From positions 13,036-77,035 of the forward strand of contig CAMGEN010000003.1 in NCBI GenBank assembly GCA_946055075.1: a DNA stretch of 64,000 nt, given 5' to 3'. The position numbers were made by a program, and so were the translations under genes. This document shows positions 27,532-36,169 of this stretch, one piece after another (the first letter of the stretch is position 1; every line of letters starts with the position of its first letter). The notes below the pieces were generated by a model. The model had not been told where the DNA came from. It saw only the letters and a program-made list of their open reading frames with translations, and ran no database searches. Source of the stretch: an uncultured Verrucomicrobiota bacterium (GTDB lineage: Bacteria > Verrucomicrobiota > Kiritimatiellia > RFP12 > UBA1067).

Positions 27532-28644
27532 TCATATCCGGTTGTCCCAGTTCTTGTACACGACTTCCTGTCCGTTCGCCTTGATGGCCGCATAGACCTC
27601 GACGGGAGAACGCCGGTCCGTGAGCGTGAACTGCGCGACGTCCGGCGCATGCTCCTTCTCCAGCACCGCATAACCGCCCGGAGTCACGCGGCTGCCGGCG
27701 GACATGTTGTCCGCGGCGACCTGCACGATGTAGTCGCGGAACTTCGGCGCCTCACGCGTCGAGACCGTCATGCAGCACTGTGGGAACACGATGCGGAACG
27801 CGAGCATCATCAGGTCGACGTCCTCTTCGCTCACCTCATGCGGCGGAACGAATCCGCCATCGACGCGGCAGAAGCGCGGGAACGCGAACTGGATCTTCGA
27901 CTCGTAGCATTCCTTCATCAGGTAGAACGCGTGCGCACCGAGCGACGCGGCTTCAGGACGCCACGGACACAGTCCGAGCAGGAACGCACAGCCGAGCGTG
28001 CGGAAGCCCGCCTTGCCGGCTCGGAGCTGCGTCCAGAGACGCCATTCGTAATCCGACTTCGGGCCCTGCGGATGGAAGTACCGGTACTGCTCCGGATCGT
28101 AAGTCTCCTGGAAGCAGGTGAGCGACTCGTAGCCTGCCTCGAACATCGCACGGTAACCCGCTTCGGACTGCGGTGCGACCTCGAGCGACAGGTTCGAGAA
28201 CATCTTCTTCAGCATCACGCCGACTTCGCAGAAGTGCTCGACCGTGTTCACGCGCGGATCCTCACCCGCGACGATGAGCAGGTTGTCGATGCCCGTCGCC
28301 CTGATGGCCTCGGCCTCGAGCCTGATCTCATCCATCGTGAGGTTCCTGCGGACCGTCCCCGTGTGCGCCGCGCGGAAATCGCAGTAACGGCACGAGTTAA
28401 TGCACGTGTTGCCGATGTACAGTGGCGCATAGACGCTCACCGTCTTGCCGTAGTACCTGATGCGTGCCTTGCGTGCCTTCACGCGCATCTCGTCCATGAA
28501 CGGATACGCCGCGGGAGACAGCAGGTTCAGGAGATCGAACCAGTCGTGACGCTCCTTCGCGAGCGACGCACGCACCATCTCGGGCGTAACCTCAGTATAA
28601 TAGGCCTCGACCTGTTCTTGCGTGTATTTCAGAAGAGGAAACAT
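27532..28644 (-). CDS. thiH: 2-iminoacetate synthase (radical SAM)
   Basis: CINSCRYCDF motif, 370 aa, in the thi operon context. Confidence 0.85.
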   Translation of the reverse strand: MFPLLKYTQEQVEAYYTEVTPEMVRASLAKERHDWFDLLNLLSPAAYPFMDEMRVKARKARIRYYGKTVSVYAPLYIGNTCINSCRYCDFRAAHTGTVRRNLTMDEIRLEAEAIRATGIDNLLIVAGEDPRVNTVEHFCEVGVMLKKMFSNLSLEVAPQSEAGYRAMFEAGYESLTCFQETYDPEQYRYFHPQGPKSDYEWRLWTQLRAGKAGFRTLGCAFLLGLCPWRPEAASLGAHAFYLMKECYESKIQFAFPRFCRVDGGFVPPHEVSEEDVDLMMLAFRIVFPQCCMTVSTREAPKFRDYIVQVAADNMSAGSRVTPGGYAVLEKEHAPDVAQFTLTDRRSPVEVYAAIKANGQEVVYKNWDNRI

Positions 28645-28678
28645 AAGCCACCTTCACTCATCGCCTGTCACTCGACAC

Positions 28679-29443
28679 TCACTTGAAGATGTCCATCGGA
28701 CTCGTCGCGCTCGCAGTCGCACGTGCCGTCGGCGGGCCCGCCTGGACCGCGAGTTCCGCCGCCTGGATCGCGAGGCCGAAAGCCTTCGCCATCGCGACGG
28801 GATCATCCGCCGCGGCGACCGCGGTGTTCGCGAGGACGGCGTCCGCGCCGAGCTCGATCGCCTCCGCTGCGTGCGAGGGAAGTCCGATGCCGGCATCGAC
28901 GACGACCGGGATGTGGGACTGCTCGACGATGATCTCGATCATGTCGCGCGTGCGGATGCCGCGGTTGGATCCGATCGGCGAACCAAGCGGCATCACGGCA
29001 GCGGCTCCCGCATCCTCGCAGTGGCGCGCGAGAACGGGATCGGCGTTGATGTACGGAAGGACCACCATACCCATCTTCGCGCACTCCTTCACCGCCTCGA
29101 GCGTCTCGACAGGATCGGGCAGCAGATAACGGGCGTCAGGATGGACCTCGATCTTGATCCAGTTGTAGCCGGCCGCCTTGCCTAGCCTGGCGATGCGGAT
29201 CGCCTCGGCCGCATTGCGCGCACCGGACGTGTTGAGCATCACCTCGACCTTTGAGCGATCGATCACCCTGAGGATGTCGTCGTTCTCGGCGTCACCCTCA
29301 TGCACACGCGTCAAAGCAGTCGTGACAAGCTCCGTTCCGCTCGCCGCCAGCGCCTCGCGCAGCAGGTCGCCAGAGGCGAACTTGCCCGTTCCCAGGAAAA
29401 AGCGGCTTGAAAACCTCTTGCCGCCGATCACCAGATCTTTCAT
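28679..29443 (-). CDS. thiG: thiazole synthase
   Basis: 254 aa, a ThiG TIM-barrel family member (FLGTGKF..., KIEV, DAGIG). Confidence 0.9.
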   Translation of the reverse strand: MKDLVIGGKRFSSRFFLGTGKFASGDLLREALAASGTELVTTALTRVHEGDAENDDILRVIDRSKVEVMLNTSGARNAAEAIRIARLGKAAGYNWIKIEVHPDARYLLPDPVETLEAVKECAKMGMVVLPYINADPVLARHCEDAGAAAVMPLGSPIGSNRGIRTRDMIEIIVEQSHIPVVVDAGIGLPSHAAEAIELGADAVLANTAVAAADDPVAMAKAFGLAIQAAELAVQAGPPTARATASATSPMDIFK

Positions 29444-29470
29444 TGTCTCGATTCCTTCCTTCTGATTCTT

Positions 29471-30064
29471 CTAAAGCTCTTTCCCTAACAGGAGCGCCAC
29501 GACGGCATTTGCCTCCATCGCCGCGGCAATGCCCACGCGGGGCGAAACCGGCGCGACATCCTCCGCGACTTCCGTCTCTCCGTCGCCGATTGCGATGACA
29601 TCACGGCCCATCGTGCGGAGCCGGAGCGCATTGGAGCGTCCCCAGCCTGCGAGTCCGCTTGCGGTCACGACCTTCCTGCCGCTGCCGACAAACGCGCCCA
29701 GGAGCATCACCTTCGCGTCCACTGTATCAAACGCCTCGACAACGACCGGACAGTCCGCGAAGAGTTCGCGCGACGACAAGGCGTCGAGCCGCCTGTCGGC
29801 GATCTCGACCTCCGCCTCCGGATTGATCCGCAGGAGATTCGCCTTCAGCGCCTCGACCTTCTTCATGCCAAGCTGGTCGCGGAAGAAGAACTGGCGGTTG
29901 AGGTTCGATTCGCTGACGACATCGAAGTCGGCGATCACAAGACGCTTCACTCCGGCGCGCACGAGATGCATCGCGCAGTTCGAGCCGAGTCCGCCCGCCC
30001 CCGCGATGCCGACCTTCGCGTCTTCGAGTATCTCCCGCTCCGTCTTAGTGAGATATGTGTTCAC
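29471..30064 (-). CDS. thiF: ThiS adenylyltransferase (short ThiF/MoeB-type E1-like enzyme)
   Basis: Motifs GAGGLGS and NLNRQFF. Adjacent to thiS. Confidence 0.8.
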   Translation of the reverse strand: MNTYLTKTEREILEDAKVGIAGAGGLGSNCAMHLVRAGVKRLVIADFDVVSESNLNRQFFFRDQLGMKKVEALKANLLRINPEAEVEIADRRLDALSSRELFADCPVVVEAFDTVDAKVMLLGAFVGSGRKVVTASGLAGWGRSNALRLRTMGRDVIAIGDGETEVAEDVAPVSPRVGIAAAMEANAVVALLLGKEL

Positions 30065-30103
30065 GACAGAGGATCCGCCCTTCCATCACCCAACACCCGT
30101 CGT

Positions 30104-30304
30104 TCAACCGCCCGCCATCATCTTGAACACGTCGAGCTTAACGCCCGGCTTCAGTTCGACGGACGAGAAGTCCGCGCCCGGAGCGTAGACCTCGCCCGCG
30201 TATTCGACGATCGCCTTCGCGCCGTCAATCATCCGCTCCGCCAGAAACGCGGCGACGTTCGTCGCCTCCGTTTCAGTCTCCTCGCCCTGGTAGATGATCG
30301 TCAT
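30104..30304 (-). CDS. thiS: sulfur-carrier protein ThiS
   Basis: 66 aa, ubiquitin-like, with a C-terminal GG. Confidence 0.8.
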   Translation of the reverse strand: MTIIYQGEETETEATNVAAFLAERMIDGAKAIVEYAGEVYAPGADFSSVELKPGVKLDVFKMMAGG

Positions 30305-30322
30305 AGGTTTTTCCCTCGCTTC

Positions 30323-31624
30323 TTACAACCGAGCCGCGAGCTTCTTGATGCGACGCGAGGTACGGACGGCGCAGAACTGCTTGCCGCACATCGAGCAGTG
30401 GTCGTCGCAGTGCGCCTCATCCGTGATGGCGCGGGTCCTGAGCCAGCGGGCCCTCGCGCGTTCTGGATCGAGGCAGAGCGAGAACTGCTTGTCCCAATCG
30501 AATTCGGCACGGGCGACGGCCATCGCGTCATCGCGGTCGCGCGCACCCTTGAGGCCGCGGGCGACGTCACCGGCGTGGGCGGCGATCTTGTAGGCGATGC
30601 ATCCCTGACGGACCTCTTCGCCGTCCGGCAGACCGAGATGTTCGGCCGGGGTCACATAGCAGAGGAGCGAAGCACCGTAAGTCGCGGCCGCTGTCGCGCC
30701 GATCGCGGAGACGATGTGGTCGTAACCCGGGGCGATATCCGTCGTGACGGGACCCAGCACGTAGAACGGCGCCTTGTGGCAGACCTCCTGCTGACGCTCC
30801 ATGTTCATCTGTATCTGGTTGAACGGCACGTGGCCCGGACCCTCGACCATGACCTGCACGCCGCGTTCACGACATCGGTCGACGAGTTCGCCGAGAACGT
30901 CGAGTTCGCCGAACTGCGCGGCGTCCGAAGCGTCCGCAAGGCAGCCAGGACGCAGACCGTCGCCGAGCGACACGGTGACATCGTGCTCCACGAGGATGTC
31001 CAGAACTTCGTCCCAGTGGGTGTAAAGCGGATTCTCGACCTTGTTCTCCATCATCCACTCGGCCATGATCGCGCCACCGCGCGAGACGATGCCCATGACG
31101 CGCTTCATTGCGATCGGAATGAGCTTAGACAGAAGACCCGCATGGAGAGTCATGAAATCGACGCCCTGTTCGGCCTGTGCGCGAATAACGTCCAGCAGGA
31201 ACGTCGGATCCATCTGCGGGATGTCGCCCTCGAGACGCGAAATCGTCTCATAGACTGGCACGGTGCCGAGCGGCGCCGGACTCGCGTCGAGCATGCCCTG
31301 GCGGATCGCCTTGAGATCGTCAGAGCCGACCGAAAGATCCATCACGAAATCGGCCTTGCAGTCGAGCGCGATCTTCAGCTTCTCAAGCTCATCGCCCTTG
31401 CCAGAATGCGTGACGCTGCGGCCGAGATTGGCGTTTATCTTGGTGGTGAACATACGGCCGACGCCGACCGGATGCGCGTTCTTGTGATGGACGTTCAGGG
31501 GGATGACCGCTTCACCCGAAGCGACCGCTGCACGCACGGTCTCGACATCGACGTTCTCTTCGGCGGCCACGATCTTCATGGCCTCGGTCACGATACCCGA
31601 ACGGGCGGACTGCAACTGAGTCAT
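30323..31624 (-). CDS. thiC: phosphomethylpyrimidine synthase
   Basis: 433 aa with a C-terminal CSMCG cluster. A TPP riboswitch lies directly upstream. Confidence 0.95.
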   Translation of the reverse strand: MTQLQSARSGIVTEAMKIVAAEENVDVETVRAAVASGEAVIPLNVHHKNAHPVGVGRMFTTKINANLGRSVTHSGKGDELEKLKIALDCKADFVMDLSVGSDDLKAIRQGMLDASPAPLGTVPVYETISRLEGDIPQMDPTFLLDVIRAQAEQGVDFMTLHAGLLSKLIPIAMKRVMGIVSRGGAIMAEWMMENKVENPLYTHWDEVLDILVEHDVTVSLGDGLRPGCLADASDAAQFGELDVLGELVDRCRERGVQVMVEGPGHVPFNQIQMNMERQQEVCHKAPFYVLGPVTTDIAPGYDHIVSAIGATAAATYGASLLCYVTPAEHLGLPDGEEVRQGCIAYKIAAHAGDVARGLKGARDRDDAMAVARAEFDWDKQFSLCLDPERARARWLRTRAITDEAHCDDHCSMCGKQFCAVRTSRRIKKLAARL

Positions 31625-31627
31625 AAC

Positions 31628-31720
31628 GCTTCCTTTCCTACGCGGGCATTACCCCGATCAGGTTAACCGGTCTTTTCTCAGCCGGAACGCACCATGCGTC
31701 CAAGCACCCGGACTTCGGTA
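31628..31720 (-). promoter_or_regulatory. TPP (THI-box) riboswitch in the thiC leader
   Basis: The minus strand reads CCGGGUGC...GGCUGAGAAAAGACCGGUUAACCUGAUCGGGGUAAUGCCCGCGUAGGAAAGGAAG, followed by AUG. The conserved CUGAGA and ACCUGAUC-GG-UAAUGCC-GCGUAGG cores are present, and the SD lies at the 3' edge. Confidence 0.9.
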
Positions 31721-31721
31721 T

Positions 31722-31751
31722 ATCATAGCAAACTCGTCGGGAACATGTCAA
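31722..31751 (-). promoter_or_regulatory. sigma70-type promoter of the thi-bio array
   Basis: Minus strand reads TTGACA-18 nt-TATGAT, immediately upstream of the riboswitch. Confidence 0.7.
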
Positions 31752-31829
31752 CGGCAAACGTTGATTTACGATCAATGGCCAGCCCGAAAGGCGTTATCAC
31801 TGCAATTGGAAAACACGAAGACCGAGCCA

Positions 31830-32495
31830 TCAGCAGCGCAGCAGCGCCGCCAGTTCTTCAACACTACGGACCAGATATGTGGCACCTGCATCACGGAGTT
31901 CCGGTTCGTCACCATAGCCGAAGAGCACCCCTATCGAATCAATCCCGTTCGCTTTCGCGCCTTCGATATCGTAAAACCGGTCTCCGACCATAACCGCGCA
32001 GCCGACGTCCTGCGTATGCTTGAGCGCCCAGGCAATCACGTCGACCTTCTTGTTCCGTTTTTCGTCCATCGTAGCCCCGTGAACACCATCGAAATAGCCG
32101 AGCAACTCAAAATGTTCAAGAATCTGCCGCGCAAAGAGTTCCGGTTTGGACGTCGCGAGAACGATCTTGCATCCGCATTTCTTCAATGTCGACAGCAGAT
32201 CTGGGACACCGAAGAAAACCTCATTCTCGAATATGCCTTTTGAACCAAAATACTCGCGATAGTCGGCCAATCCGCGCACAGCCTCCTCGTGCGACCATCC
32301 GTAAAAACGCTCGAACGATTCAATGAGCGGAGGACCGATGAACCGATAAAGCCTCGAACGATCCGTCTCGACCACCCCGTGCTTTTCAAGCGCGTACATA
32401 ACGGCATTCGTAATCCCCACTCCAGGGTCTGTCAATGTGCCGTCTAAATCAAACAGTACCGTATCATACCGCATAGTCTGAGCAACAACTGCCAT
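31830..32495 (-). CDS. HAD-superfamily phosphatase (phosphoglycolate phosphatase-like)
   Basis: FDLDGTLTDP motif. ATG 32495 lies 9 nt downstream of TATAAT (32505-32510), which supports the track start. Confidence 0.8.
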   Translation of the reverse strand: MAVVAQTMRYDTVLFDLDGTLTDPGVGITNAVMYALEKHGVVETDRSRLYRFIGPPLIESFERFYGWSHEEAVRGLADYREYFGSKGIFENEVFFGVPDLLSTLKKCGCKIVLATSKPELFARQILEHFELLGYFDGVHGATMDEKRNKKVDVIAWALKHTQDVGCAVMVGDRFYDIEGAKANGIDSIGVLFGYGDEPELRDAGATYLVRSVEELAALLRC

Positions 32496-32579
32496 ATGCC
32501 GGTCATTATATCATAAACTCCGCCGCGACGATTTCCGGGGAATATCCTTTCACAACCTCATTGGCGGATCTGAATCCCC

Positions 32580-34637
32580 TTACTTCAATTCAAATGCCGC
32601 GGAATCGTAATCTCCGTTCAATTCGACGCCGAACCCACGGTCCATGAGTTCGGCGCCGGAGAGCTTGCAGCCCTCCGCGGCATGCAGTCTTTCGCCGCGG
32701 TTGATCTCGACGATTTCATAGGCCTTCTCTGGGTCAAGTCCGCGGCACTTCACCTGGACATCGGCTTGATATTCGCAGGAAGTTCCGAGCACGAAAACCG
32801 CGGCGTGATCCCGCTTCTCGTTCACGTACATGAGCGAAGCGTACTCATGCTCATAAGGCGAAGCGAGCCGATAGAGGTCGCCGAGCTGCACCACGGGACG
32901 GATCCGCTTGTAATCAGCGACCGCCTTCTTCGAGAACTCGATCTCCTCTCCTGACAGCTTCTCCGGAACGAGCTCGAAGCCGAGACGCGCGGTCATCGCG
33001 ACATCAAAGCGGTGCTTAAGCGGCGTGACGCGCTTCGTGGTCTGGTTCGGCACTTCCGTCACATGCGCGGCAAGCGCACAGGCGGGATAGAACAGCGATT
33101 CACCCCACTGGATGAAGATGCGCTGATACGAATCAGTATCGTCGCTCGCCCAGCATTCATCAGCGTAGCGGAGGAATCCGAAATCGACGTGTCCGCCGCC
33201 GGAAGCGCAGGCCTGGATCATCACCTGCGGATATTTCGCACGCATCGTCGCAAGCATATCGTAGAGTCCGATCGTGTAGTCATACCAGAGGTTCGGCTGA
33301 CGGTCCGCCGCGAGATAGGTTGAGCCAGGATTGGAGATGTGCTGATTGCAGTCCCACTTGATGTAGGCGAGAGAAGGCACGGATTTATAAAGTCCATCCA
33401 ACTGTTTCCACACGTGTTCGCGCACAGAGGGATTACAGAAGTCGAGCACCGTCTGCGTACCTCCGCGGCCGAGGGCCAGAGGACGTCCCTCTTCGCGTAA
33501 AAGCCACTCGGGATGCGCTTCCGCAAGCCAGCTTTTGGTGTTGACCATCTCCGGCTCTACCCAGAAGCCGAAGCCGAGTCCACGCTTCGCGGCGGCATCG
33601 GCGAGTCCGGAGAGTCCGTGGGGAAGGACCTCTGGATTGACCTCCCAGTCTCCGAGTCCCGCGGTATCGCGATTTTTCGCGTCGCGCGCGTACTTGCCGT
33701 GTCCGAACCAGCCGTCGTCCAGGACGAACATCTCGCCGCCCATGTCCTTCACGCCGTCCATCATCTTAGCGAGAATGTCCTCAGTGATGTCGAAGCCGGC
33801 CCCTTCCCAGTGATTGAGGAGGATGGGTCTGAGCGCCTCGCCATGCGGCATCAGGTGCTTCCTGGCCCAGCGGTGGTACTGGCGCGAAACCTCGCCGCGG
33901 CCCTTGTCAGACCTGACGATGATCGCCTTAGGAGAGACGAAGGTCTTACCCTGATCAAGCGTGTAAGGTCCGGTCGTCATGTCGACGCCAGCCATCACCG
34001 AAACCTCCTTGCCATTCCAATTACGGCGAATGCGGCGGCTCGTCGTGCCGGTCCATTCGAGCGCCACACCCAGGAACTCGCCATGTTCCTCGAAATAGTC
34101 TTTGTCGGCAAGACCGCAGCACTCGCCGTCCCGGAACGAAAGCATAATCGCGGCATTCGACTCCCATGCGTCGCGAGTACCTTCGCAGGACCTGAGCTCG
34201 ACGATCTGACCCGGCGCCACCGGCGCCACATGCAGATTCGCCTCGTAAGCCCAGGTGCCAGTGAGCGAGTGCACCTCGACCGTCCCCTTATCGGTCGTGA
34301 TCGTCGTCGCAAAGGAATCGGCGTGCAACAGCTTCACCGGACCGTTCTCGTCGTTCTTAACCTCGATCCAGGTCTCTACCGCGTCGCAGTCGTTCCAGGT
34401 ACGGATGCGCCGCGTCACCATCAGCGGCTGATACTCGTCCTGGAGCACGATCGTGTGGAGTTCGCCGTCAACGAGCGTCATGGCGGACCTCGAAGACTCC
34501 TTCAATCTCAACGTCACCGAGCCGTCGGCATGGATGACCTGGAGTCCCGCATGCTTCACTATCCGGTTCTGGTCCGACGGCACCAGTTGTCCGAAGAAAA
34601 GGTATCCCGCCATCGCGATCTGTAACGCAGTATTCAT
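32580..34637 (-). CDS. alpha-galactosidase, GH36
   Basis: Motifs YIKWDCNQ and CASGGGHVD. ATG 34637 is preceded by GGGAGGG. The track start 34652 is a TTG inside the SD. Confidence 0.9.
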   Translation of the reverse strand: MNTALQIAMAGYLFFGQLVPSDQNRIVKHAGLQVIHADGSVTLRLKESSRSAMTLVDGELHTIVLQDEYQPLMVTRRIRTWNDCDAVETWIEVKNDENGPVKLLHADSFATTITTDKGTVEVHSLTGTWAYEANLHVAPVAPGQIVELRSCEGTRDAWESNAAIMLSFRDGECCGLADKDYFEEHGEFLGVALEWTGTTSRRIRRNWNGKEVSVMAGVDMTTGPYTLDQGKTFVSPKAIIVRSDKGRGEVSRQYHRWARKHLMPHGEALRPILLNHWEGAGFDITEDILAKMMDGVKDMGGEMFVLDDGWFGHGKYARDAKNRDTAGLGDWEVNPEVLPHGLSGLADAAAKRGLGFGFWVEPEMVNTKSWLAEAHPEWLLREEGRPLALGRGGTQTVLDFCNPSVREHVWKQLDGLYKSVPSLAYIKWDCNQHISNPGSTYLAADRQPNLWYDYTIGLYDMLATMRAKYPQVMIQACASGGGHVDFGFLRYADECWASDDTDSYQRIFIQWGESLFYPACALAAHVTEVPNQTTKRVTPLKHRFDVAMTARLGFELVPEKLSGEEIEFSKKAVADYKRIRPVVQLGDLYRLASPYEHEYASLMYVNEKRDHAAVFVLGTSCEYQADVQVKCRGLDPEKAYEIVEINRGERLHAAEGCKLSGAELMDRGFGVELNGDYDSAAFELK

Positions 34638-34654
34638 CTTTTTCCCTCCCAATT

Positions 34655-34730
34655 ACCTTCTGTTTGTCCGCACTCAACTTCGCTGCAAACTGCTTCAACT
34701 GCTTCGCCGCTTCCTTCTGCTACTTGCGCG
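34655..34730 (-). repeat. purine-rich degenerate repeat in the GH36 5' leader
   Basis: Minus strand reads GCAGAAGGAAGCGGCGAAGCAGTTGAAGCAGTTTGCAGCGAAGTTGAGTGCGGA. Confidence 0.5.
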
Positions 34731-34756
34731 TCATGGCCGTATTATATCATCTTTAA

Positions 34757-35494
34757 CTACCGCAGAAAATGTTTCAGGTTCGATTCCGGATATTCAACGA
34801 GTTCACGAATTGAGTTGGTTATGTATTGGTAAAGGGAAGGATGCGCCATCGGGTCTTTAACGGAACGCAACACCGCCAACCGCTCACGACTGTACTTGTA
34901 TCTATGATCCGCCGCGCACATTCGCCAATCCATATGCTCAAAACTCCGGTTAGCCGTTTTCGCATAAACCAAAGCATTTGAAACGCCATACTCCCGAACA
35001 TCCGATGGTACAACGCGGTCACACACCGACCAGAAAAGGTCCCCGCAAACCTCGGACCTCACATCCTGAGACATGTTTGTCATACACAATAAGCCGTTGA
35101 CACAATCGATTGAATTTGACGTCACGCCGCAAATCCGCATTATCCCGCGGGCAGCTGGCACCGCCAATTCCGCATCCATTAAATACCCCTGCAAAAAAGC
35201 CAGGTCGTTAGTACTTCCATACCATCCAACATTGTTCAAAAGATTATACTTTGCCGTCCCGCTCGCAGAGGCTATAAGCTCCTTCGCTAGCCGAACAAAC
35301 CTATTGGTATCCCCCTCGCATTTCCGCATGGCTACTTTATGTTGCCATTCAGCATACTCCACACCGTCGATGACACTGCATTCGGCCAAAATGTGCCGTT
35401 TCACATCCGCATCGGTGAAATTCTTCGCTATGGCTGTAATCAATGACATAACGATCGTCAAAGCAATACACTTCTTGATTTCATTCATCATCAA
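34757..35494 (-). CDS. hypothetical N-terminally anchored alpha-helical (HEAT/PBS-like repeat) protein
   Basis: Hydrophobic N-terminus CIALTIVMSLITAI and a HEAT-like segment LNNVGWYGSTNDLAFLQGYLMDAELAVPAARGI. AT-rich. The track start is TTG followed by ATG ATG. Confidence 0.55.
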   Translation of the reverse strand: MMMNEIKKCIALTIVMSLITAIAKNFTDADVKRHILAECSVIDGVEYAEWQHKVAMRKCEGDTNRFVRLAKELIASASGTAKYNLLNNVGWYGSTNDLAFLQGYLMDAELAVPAARGIMRICGVTSNSIDCVNGLLCMTNMSQDVRSEVCGDLFWSVCDRVVPSDVREYGVSNALVYAKTANRSFEHMDWRMCAADHRYKYSRERLAVLRSVKDPMAHPSLYQYITNSIRELVEYPESNLKHFLR

Positions 35495-35527
35495 TCCTCA
35501 CTCATGCGGAAAATTTGCAGTGCCAAA

Positions 35528-36169
35528 TCAGTAAAACTTGAGCGGGCGGTCGATGACTCTCAAGAATTCAGTTTCTATTTCAGAGCGCTCCGCAGCGTCT
35601 TTCAGAAAACCCAATCTTATCATATCATTGATAAACTTCTCAACGAAATCCACTCGACGATTGCGAAGCTCCTCTTTGCTCCATAAAGCTTCCGCATCCA
35701 TCTTCGCAATATACGTCAGCCATGTATGCGTCATTTCCTTGACCGGCGCATTCATTTCATGCAATTTTACAAACACCTCCACCGAAACATTGCTCAACAG
35801 TCCCCGCAAGCGATCTCGCGGCACGCAATCCAAACCTTCCATCGACCCAAGCTTGTCCAACAAGAACCTGTAGCTAATATACCTCTCCTGCGCGGGTTCT
35901 AACGAATCAATCTGTGAGTACAGATCAAAGACCTCATGAAAATCCGATGGCGTATCACCTATTAACATTGCGCGAATTTTCGGCATTGCCTTTTCAACAA
36001 CCGAGAATCCTTGCGTTGAAACTATCTCATAATGTATATTGCATTCATCTCTCTTGGATACTTCATCGCCATTCTCATTGCAACCAGCGACTAAAAATCC
36101 GCAGAACAACCCCATCAGTGCCATCCGGGTTAAACTGTCAGTTTCCGCGCTATTCGGCTTCCGCTCCAT
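35528..36169 (-). CDS. hypothetical lipoprotein
   Basis: Start at MERKPN (36169), preceded by GGGGAGG. Lipobox is MALMGLFCGFLVAGC. Overlaps the stop of the upstream large ORF by 20 nt. AT-rich. Confidence 0.6.
   Translation of the reverse strand: MERKPNSAETDSLTRMALMGLFCGFLVAGCNENGDEVSKRDECNIHYEIVSTQGFSVVEKAMPKIRAMLIGDTPSDFHEVFDLYSQIDSLEPAQERYISYRFLLDKLGSMEGLDCVPRDRLRGLLSNVSVEVFVKLHEMNAPVKEMTHTWLTYIAKMDAEALWSKEELRNRRVDFVEKFINDMIRLGFLKDAAERSEIETEFLRVIDRPLKFY

Larger units (their letters stand above)
27497..30100 (-). repeat. short purine-rich heptamer-like spacers between thiS/thiF, thiF/thiG, thiG/thiH and thiH/thiE (weak family members)
   Basis: For example 28646-28685 reads AGTGAGT GTCGAGT GACAGGC GATGAGT GAAGGTG, 27497-27531 reads CAGGTTG CGGTGAA CGGGGAA GAGGGGA, and 30070-30100 reads GGGTGTT GGGTGAT GGAAGGG CGGATCC. 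Confidence 0.45.

Noticed and set aside
27493-31666. Plus-strand ORFs 27493..28686 and 29966..31666 opposite thiH and thiF-thiC
   Set aside because: Antisense shadow ORFs. The thi genes on the minus strand are unambiguous.
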